A stretch of 64,000 nucleotides of DNA from a virus (Duplodnaviria > Heunggongvirae > Uroviricota > Caudoviricetes): positions 13,395 to 77,394 of IMG/VR virus record IMGVR_UViG_3300029305_011610. One strand, written 5' to 3'. The position numbers and the translations under genes were made by a program. Under the pieces are notes generated by a model. It was not told the origin of the DNA and made no database searches. It worked only from the letters and a program-made list of their open reading frames with translations. Within the stretch, counting starts at the first letter, position 1. Each line of letters opens with the position of its first letter. Of this stretch, positions 57,778 to 64,000 are shown one piece after another.

Positions 57778-57789
57778 TATACAATATAT

Positions 57790-58017
57790 TTGAGGAGAAA
57801 ACGAATGAGTAAGAAGAGTAAGAGAGAAGATCGTTTTTGTAAAGCATGTTTGTTTTATGATTCATGTGACTATCGTGTATTGGGAGGCTGCTTCTCCCCT
57901 ATTGATACTGACGGCGACCTTGAGGTTGAGAAGCTAATTGAAGATAACCGCATGTCATACAGAGCTGAATACTTTAGTTTTTTAGAACATATTGCCGATG
58001 ATGGCTTTAATTTTTAA
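57790..58017 (+). CDS. Small Cys-containing protein
   Basis: 75-aa ORF with a basic N-terminus and CKACLFYDSCDY. Confidence 0.4.
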   Translation: MRRKRMSKKSKREDRFCKACLFYDSCDYRVLGGCFSPIDTDGDLEVEKLIEDNRMSYRAEYFSFLEHIADDGFNF

Positions 58018-58061
58018 TCATATCATTACAGTTATATTACCGCCGAAGGGGGCAAAAATAT

Positions 58062-60800
58062 TTGAGTAAACAACAAGCATGCCAGAAATACATATTCAAG
58101 TTACACAGCAGCAGATTAAAAGCAGCGAAGTGGAAGTTAACATTATCACTCCAAGAAGCCAGAAAAAACGATGAAATCATCGCATTAGCCGATAGCCAAG
58201 TACTTAGATGGCTGGATGAGCTGAATGGCGTCGTAGATTGTGAGCGCAGAGCTCGTGAAATCAAGTCTGAGATAAGAAAAATAAGAAAAGAGCCCAGCTC
58301 ACCTCAATACAGAAAAGCTCTCAAACAACAGTATGCGTTGTTAGACGCAGTACAGTTTAAGCCAGATTATATGTGCTTAATTATAGATAAAGAAAAAGAT
58401 TACCACCGTGCATGCAAAGGGTTTAGCATTAATGGGATTAGCTACAAACGATTGCTCGGCACAAACGGTGGCATCAAGAATAGTACCATCGTGTTTGTAA
58501 GTGAAAGACATATCGATGAGATCAGGCGGCGCATAGATAACGGAAGAGATATGACAGTGGAGCTTGTTCCGGCCAAGCTGGAGGCGTATAAGGCACTAAC
58601 CTGCAGTGCATCCATTCCGGTGTCCATGCCAAACGGAGTTCTTGTAGTACCGGATTGTGAAACTAGATTTAAATCAGACTTTATTTATCTGACAGACGAG
58701 TGTGACGGTGAACCATCCATGGAACTTAAAATAGATGAGATTGTAGAGTTAGATGAGTCCGACGGTTATGGTATCATGCTCCCCTCTTTAGCTCAGCGAT
58801 GGAGCGACGAGCTGCATTTGGATTACATGATGAGCGGGGCTAATACAAGATGCTCGTGGGAAAAGGGTATGGTATTCACATTCGATTTCATTGATTTCGC
58901 AGACAAGGTGGCAGGAAAATATATCGTAAAAGATGCTTGGGGAAATGATGTTGATATTAGAAACGTCGAGTTAGTATTAACAACCTCAATGTTAAAACTA
59001 TGGGATTCATATAGTAGTTGTGATGACTATCTACAGAACTGTATAGAAAATGGGTATTCATTTTGTATAACTAAGACTTGTCCAAAGGAATTGGAGCGGG
59101 AGAGAAATCTAAACTACCAGTTTATCCAGAGCTACGACCTGGATGATGACGATATTGAAGAATTGATTGCTCCAACGATGAACGAGATAAAAGACATTCT
59201 CGGAGGAGATTGGCGCAAGACAGTTCTTTATCTAAAGGGTGTAGGATTAAATGAAGATAATGTTGACGTACTTGATGATGACTGGATAAAGGCAATAATG
59301 ATAGAACCTAAGTTGATGGAAGATCCTTATATTAAGAATAAAGTGTATCAGCTGATCAAAAATAGAATCAATCAAGCTAAGGTGGGGGTGCTTAAAGTCC
59401 ACGGCAACTATTCCATCATTTCTGGAGATCCTTATTCTTTATGCCAGAGCATCTTTGGTCTAGAGGTTACTGGCTTACTTAAAGCGGGAGAAATACATAA
59501 TAAATACTGGTGTGATACTGGAGCCGATAAGCTAGTTTGTTTTAGAGCACCTATGACAGCTCATCCAAACATTAGAGCGGTTAAGCCAACTCGTGACCCA
59601 GACGCATTATATTGGTATCAGTACATGAATACATGCACGATTTTCAATTCTTGGGATACTGCAGCACACGCACTCAATGGTGCAGACAAGGACGGTGATC
59701 TGGTGATGCTTACAGATAATCCTGTATTAGTTCGTAAGCATAAAGAGATGCCTGCAATTATGTGTGCGCAGCGCAGAGCAGTTAAAAAAATCGTTACAGA
59801 AGAAGATGCAATCTACGCAAATATAGCCAGTTTCGGAAATGACATCGGCAAAACAACCAACTGGATAACATCCATGTTTGAAGTTCAGTCTCGTTATCCA
59901 AAAGAAAGTAAAGAGTATAAGACGCTTGAATATAGAATCATGTGTGGCCAATTATACCAACAGAACACGATAGATAAGGCAAAAGGTATCATAGCAAAGC
60001 CAATGCCGAAAGAGTGGCATGATTGGTTTGCAATCAATAACATGGATGCCGATGATGATACTAAGAATTTTTACAGATCGGTAGTTGCAGAAAAAAAGCC
60101 ATATTTTATGTGTTATATATATCCGGATTTAATGAAGTCCTATAAAGACTACACTACATCAGTTAGCCGTATTTGTATGCAAAAATTTAATAAGACAATC
60201 GATGAGATTAACCAGACCCCTTTTGAAAAGCTTACAGAAGAAGAAGTCTCATATGTGAGCTATGTAAAAGCAAAGTTTCCCGTCGGAATGGGAGACTGTG
60301 TAATGAACAAAATTTGTAGACGATTTGAAGATGAGTTTGATAGTTGCATTAGAAACGCAAGAATGAAAGACGACTTTGATTACTCTATTATGAAGAGCGG
60401 CGCTGATATCCCTTATAATCGACATCGTTACTCTGCGCTTAAGCTTTGCTACGCGGAGTACGCTAAATCTGTGAAACAAAAAATGTCCGTTATGTCTAGA
60501 CAGCGAAAGGATAATCCAGAAATATCTGATTGTTTGCGAATACTCAGAGATGGATTCTCCCGCGATTGCGACCTAATCTGCAGCAACGAAGTAGAATTAA
60601 CTGACATGTTGATGGATATATGCTATCGCAAAAGCTACGCCAAAGATCTTATGTGGTCTACAAGGTCAGAACAGATAATAAAGAATCTGTTACTACATAA
60701 TGGGGAAAAAATTCACATTCCAACACAAGACGAGAACGGTGATGTGAAATACTGTGGAAAGAAATTTATCATTATTACAAAGGATATGGAGACTATTTGA
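58062..60800 (+). CDS. Two-barrel (double-psi beta-barrel) RNA polymerase, YonO / cellular-RdRP-like, 912 aa
   Basis: KLVCFRAPMTAHPNIRAVKP...NSWDTAAHALNGADKDGDLVMLTDNP. The DxDGD metal-binding motif sits in the context seen in RdRP/YonO-type single-chain RNAPs and the multisubunit RNAP beta-prime NADFDGD. Confidence 0.65.
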   Translation: MSKQQACQKYIFKLHSSRLKAAKWKLTLSLQEARKNDEIIALADSQVLRWLDELNGVVDCERRAREIKSEIRKIRKEPSSPQYRKALKQQYALLDAVQFKPDYMCLIIDKEKDYHRACKGFSINGISYKRLLGTNGGIKNSTIVFVSERHIDEIRRRIDNGRDMTVELVPAKLEAYKALTCSASIPVSMPNGVLVVPDCETRFKSDFIYLTDECDGEPSMELKIDEIVELDESDGYGIMLPSLAQRWSDELHLDYMMSGANTRCSWEKGMVFTFDFIDFADKVAGKYIVKDAWGNDVDIRNVELVLTTSMLKLWDSYSSCDDYLQNCIENGYSFCITKTCPKELERERNLNYQFIQSYDLDDDDIEELIAPTMNEIKDILGGDWRKTVLYLKGVGLNEDNVDVLDDDWIKAIMIEPKLMEDPYIKNKVYQLIKNRINQAKVGVLKVHGNYSIISGDPYSLCQSIFGLEVTGLLKAGEIHNKYWCDTGADKLVCFRAPMTAHPNIRAVKPTRDPDALYWYQYMNTCTIFNSWDTAAHALNGADKDGDLVMLTDNPVLVRKHKEMPAIMCAQRRAVKKIVTEEDAIYANIASFGNDIGKTTNWITSMFEVQSRYPKESKEYKTLEYRIMCGQLYQQNTIDKAKGIIAKPMPKEWHDWFAINNMDADDDTKNFYRSVVAEKKPYFMCYIYPDLMKSYKDYTTSVSRICMQKFNKTIDEINQTPFEKLTEEEVSYVSYVKAKFPVGMGDCVMNKICRRFEDEFDSCIRNARMKDDFDYSIMKSGADIPYNRHRYSALKLCYAEYAKSVKQKMSVMSRQRKDNPEISDCLRILRDGFSRDCDLICSNEVELTDMLMDICYRKSYAKDLMWSTRSEQIIKNLLLHNGEKIHIPTQDENGDVKYCGKKFIIITKDMETI

Positions 60801-61570
60801 TGGAAATTATTTTAAACGAATATGAATGGGCAAAGGGAGTAATTGAGAGCGGTAACTTGCGCGGAGTTCCACGAACATCACTTTCTATAGTTGCGAAGTA
60901 CTATTACCAAGAAGGTGCGAAGACGGACGAAGTACGCAGGTTGCTACACGAACTACTAGTCGATGATGGGTATGATCTGCCATATATGGTTGCAAATGAA
61001 TTAGTGGAGGATGCGATTAAAGTGGGGAAAAAATTTAAACTTACTGTTATAGATAGCGTCGTAATTACTAAGACTGAGCTGGAAAAAATCGGGATGCTTA
61101 AAAAAGCTCAATTAAAGCGATTGGCTTTCACTCTGCTTTGTCTTGCAAAGTTCTTTAGAATTCGTAATGGAGCAGATGGCTGGGTAAGTTTCCCAATTAA
61201 GTCCATTATGAAGCTAGCTAATATCAATGAAAGTGTAAAGAGACAAGATCAGCTTTATTATCAGCTAGGACAGCTTGGAATGATTGAATTCTCAAAAAAA
61301 ATAGCAGATATGAGCGTTAGGGTTACATATGAAGACGAAAGCGGAGAACCAGCCGTATTCATCACAGACTTCAGAAATCTTGGATACCAATATGAAAGTA
61401 TATATTCTAAGAAGTTCATTGCATGCGAAAAGTGCGGAGCAGTAGTAAAAGAAAAGAATCATGGAAAGGCTGGACGCAAACAAAAGTACTGTTCTGAGTG
61501 CGCTCCCATTGTAAAGGCCGAGCAAGATGCGGCTTCATGGCAGAGACGATATTTGGGAACTCCGAAATAA
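60797..61570 (+). CDS. Hypothetical protein with C-terminal zinc ribbon
   Basis: CEKCGAVV...CSECAP. 257 aa. Confidence 0.5.
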   Translation: MMEIILNEYEWAKGVIESGNLRGVPRTSLSIVAKYYYQEGAKTDEVRRLLHELLVDDGYDLPYMVANELVEDAIKVGKKFKLTVIDSVVITKTELEKIGMLKKAQLKRLAFTLLCLAKFFRIRNGADGWVSFPIKSIMKLANINESVKRQDQLYYQLGQLGMIEFSKKIADMSVRVTYEDESGEPAVFITDFRNLGYQYESIYSKKFIACEKCGAVVKEKNHGKAGRKQKYCSECAPIVKAEQDAASWQRRYLGTPK

Positions 61571-61579
61571 TTACCTCAG

Positions 61580-61606
61580 TCGAGGCGTTGCAGCGCAACG
61601 CCTCGA
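61580..61606. terminator. Conserved palindromic hairpin (copy H3), terminator-like
   Basis: TCGAGGCGTTGC-AGC-GCAACGCCTCGA followed by GGCACTTTTCC. Same element at 56445–56471 and 18653–18679. Confidence 0.55.
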
Positions 61607-61667
61607 GGCACTTTTCCGGCGTGTTATATATGGAGGAGAATAGAGACCTCCAAATTGAAATAAAGGA

Positions 61668-61892
61668 ATGAAAGAGAAAATGATTAAAATTAATGCAGAC
61701 GAAAAGAAGGCAATTGTAGAGAAATTCCCCGATCTCTATATCGTACGTACTATGAAGGGCGATTCTAAGAGACACCATTATTACATGGAAGAACGACGGC
61801 CCGCCATGAATATGTTACGAAAACTTAGAGAGCAGGGACAGTATTTCGGCCCCGAAAAGAAGACTTCAAAACGTGGGAGGGGCAAAGATTGA
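61668..61892 (+). CDS. Small basic protein
   Basis: 74-aa ORF. Confidence 0.4.
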   Translation: MKEKMIKINADEKKAIVEKFPDLYIVRTMKGDSKRHHYYMEERRPAMNMLRKLREQGQYFGPEKKTSKRGRGKD

Positions 61893-63094
61893 TTGAACAA
61901 GGAAACGTTCTGCTAAGACGCGAAAACGAGACCGCCTTCCAGCACCATCGTAGACTTGTGTATGGCAAGCTTGTAGATAAGACATTGTCGGATTACGATT
62001 ATGCCGAGCTATCACCTTATATATACGGTGAAGCTCTATCCGGAGACTCTGTGCGAAAGCTTATGTATGGCAGCAGAAGGACTCTCGAACTATTCGATAG
62101 TGATGTAGCAAATAATAACGCTAATGCCGATCTAAGCGGCGAATTAGATACAAAGCTCATTGAAATAAAAAAAGAGCGGCAAAAGCTTAGCGACTATCGA
62201 ACCGCATTTAATAAGGTTGTTCGCGAGCGTTCACGTCAAGAAGAGCTCAACGAAATCATCGTTGACGCAGTCCGCAACGGTGAGCTTCCAACGCTCGATT
62301 ACTCACCACACATTTCCATACAGTCCGATAACGACTTACTTGTTAGCCTAAACGATATTCACTTCGGCGCAAACGTAAGTAATGCGTGGAATGAATACAA
62401 TTCTGATATTTGTAAACAAATGATGTGCAGATATCTCGACCATATTATTTCAATCGGAAATACACATCAAAGCGAAAATTGCATCGTTTGGATGAACGGA
62501 GATATTATCAATGGTCAAAACCATTATAGCGTTGCCGTCTCCAATAGAGAAAATGTCATTGAACAAGTTATGGGTGTGTCTGAATTGGTGTCAGAATTTC
62601 TCGCCGAGTTAAGCAATCACTTTAATTCTGTGACATTGGTATCTGTATCTGGTAATCACAGTCGATTAAACCCAAATAAAGATAAGACAATTTATACAGA
62701 GAGACTTGATGACCTGATTGAATGGTATATCAAGGCAAGACTACAGAATATTCCAAATATTAATTTCGAATACGATAAGATTGACACAACTATGTATACC
62801 ATAGATATTCGTGGCAAGACATACTGTGGTATTCACGGTGATTACGATGGATCGGATTCTAAAATACAGGCATTGCAAACGATGGTAGGAAAGCCTGTGT
62901 ACGCAGTACTGGCAGGACATCTGCATCACTGCAAGGTTGATACGATTCAAGGAATTAAGTATGTAATGGCCGGCAGCTTTTTAGGTGTCGATGATTATTG
63001 TGTTCAGAAAAGAATCTTCGGCAAACCGGAACAAATGGTCTGCGTGTGCGGACAAGACGGTATAATTTGCCACTACGATATTGACTTAAGTTAA
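61889..63094 (+). CDS. Calcineurin-like metallophosphoesterase (SbcD/Mre11-like fold) with N-terminal coiled coil
   Basis: Motifs LNDIHFG (D-x-H), WMNGDII (GD), SGNHSR (GNH), GHLHH. Confidence 0.7.
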   Translation: MIEQGNVLLRRENETAFQHHRRLVYGKLVDKTLSDYDYAELSPYIYGEALSGDSVRKLMYGSRRTLELFDSDVANNNANADLSGELDTKLIEIKKERQKLSDYRTAFNKVVRERSRQEELNEIIVDAVRNGELPTLDYSPHISIQSDNDLLVSLNDIHFGANVSNAWNEYNSDICKQMMCRYLDHIISIGNTHQSENCIVWMNGDIINGQNHYSVAVSNRENVIEQVMGVSELVSEFLAELSNHFNSVTLVSVSGNHSRLNPNKDKTIYTERLDDLIEWYIKARLQNIPNINFEYDKIDTTMYTIDIRGKTYCGIHGDYDGSDSKIQALQTMVGKPVYAVLAGHLHHCKVDTIQGIKYVMAGSFLGVDDYCVQKRIFGKPEQMVCVCGQDGIICHYDIDLS

Positions 63095-63155
63095 TACATA
63101 TGCGTCCGGGTTGTTTCTCGGACGCTTTTATATTTTCAAGGAGGTGACTTGCGGA

Positions 63156-64000
63156 ATGGCAAGACGCACAAAGATGAATTCCATCACAAGCCCAGAGCTT
63201 TTGGCGCAGGTCAATCCTGAGAACACACAATTACTAAATGAGTTCTTAGATTACTTGCGGTCTCTTCAAAGGAGCGAGACCACAATTAGGGCGTATGAAA
63301 ACGACATCCAGATCGCATGGGTCTGGAGTTTACAACACAACGGCAATAAGTTCTTTATTGACTGGACTAAGCGAAACGTTGTTGCGTATCAGAACTGGCT
63401 TCTTAACAATAATGGAAATAGCCCAGCTCGTATTCGGCGACTGAAAGCGTCCCTTTCAAGCTTAGGAAATTTTATAGAATCAGTTTTAGATGAAGATTAT
63501 CCTTCATTTAGAAATATTATTCTGAAAGTTGAAAGTCCTGTTAATCAGCCAGTACGAGAGAAGACCGTATTTACCGAGGAACAGATCGAGGGCTTGCTAA
63601 GAGAGTTAACTCATCGCGAACAGTACGATAAAGCGTGTGCGGTAGCGTTGGCAATGTATTCAGGCAGACGAAAGTCAGAGCTTTTAAGATTTAAGGTAAG
63701 CGACTTCGATGAGGATAAGCTCGTTTGCAATGGAGCACTATATAAAAGTTCTCCTATTAAAACTAAGGGACGCGGTGTTCAGGGTAAACAGCTTGCATGT
63801 TTTACACTAGCGAAAAAATTTAAGCCGTATCTAGACAACTGGATTAGCTATCGAAACGAAAACAGTATAGAAAGTGAATGGCTATTCCCTAACAGAGAAA
63901 ATCCATCCGAACAAATGAGTATATCCACACTTAACAGTTGGGCGAAGACATTTACGAGAATTTTAGGTGTCGACTTCTATTGGCATGCAATGAGACATGC
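63156..64000 (+). CDS. Tyrosine recombinase (XerC/D-like), partial; runs off the window end
   Basis: N-terminal SAM-like core-binding domain, R-box ALAMYSGRRKSELLRF, and HAMRH at the window edge. RBS AAGGAGGTGA. Confidence 0.75.
   Translation, partial: MARRTKMNSITSPELLAQVNPENTQLLNEFLDYLRSLQRSETTIRAYENDIQIAWVWSLQHNGNKFFIDWTKRNVVAYQNWLLNNNGNSPARIRRLKASLSSLGNFIESVLDEDYPSFRNIILKVESPVNQPVREKTVFTEEQIEGLLRELTHREQYDKACAVALAMYSGRRKSELLRFKVSDFDEDKLVCNGALYKSSPIKTKGRGVQGKQLACFTLAKKFKPYLDNWISYRNENSIESEWLFPNRENPSEQMSISTLNSWAKTFTRILGVDFYWHAMRH

Overview
The window reads as an AT-rich (about 40% GC) phage or prophage segment. Ribosome-binding sites are AGGAGG-type, as in Firmicutes, and nearly every gene is short.

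**Layout**
- **1–52.7 kb:** one long minus-strand block.
 - A replication/recombination module at the left end: DnaE-like polymerase N-terminus, DnaG-like primase, DnaB-like helicase, Cas4-like nuclease, SSB, ERF annealase and an HD hydrolase.
 - Accessory genes follow: a MazF-type toxin, a sulfur/one-carbon set (NifS/IscS cysteine desulfurase, PP-loop ATPase, FolD), a serine recombinase, a secreted DUF285/BspA-type repeat protein, a DUF2493/SLOG protein, PnuC with an NadR-like NAD-salvage enzyme, an SPFH protein and an ATP-dependent DNA ligase.
 - Ten tRNA genes lie in one array at 36.2–38.2 kb. Three more are isolated.
 - Right of the array come a reverse transcriptase flanked by GC-rich structured non-coding elements, an E1-like (ThiF/MoeB) plus JAB/MPN pair, an HU protein, and two tandem arrays of paralogous small proteins.
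- **52.8–55.1 kb:** a GC-rich island holding a sigma-70-region-4/LuxR-type regulator, three 80-bp tandem repeats and a strong bidirectional terminator.
- **55.5–64.0 kb:** a plus-strand module bounded by two tyrosine recombinases. It carries a P-loop NTPase, a 912-aa protein with the DxDGD motif of two-barrel (YonO/RdRP-like) RNA polymerases, and a calcineurin-like metallophosphoesterase.

No terminase, portal, capsid or lysis genes are recognisable in this window.

**Most interesting points**
- The YonO-like RNA polymerase.
- A possible phage-encoded RNA/tRNA thiolation or sulfur-relay toolkit, together with the tRNA array.
- The reverse transcriptase with a 30-nt motif conserved at three sites.
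- The PnuC/NadR NAD-salvage pair.
- An orphan MazF.
- Large families of paralogous small proteins.
- A recurring palindromic hairpin.
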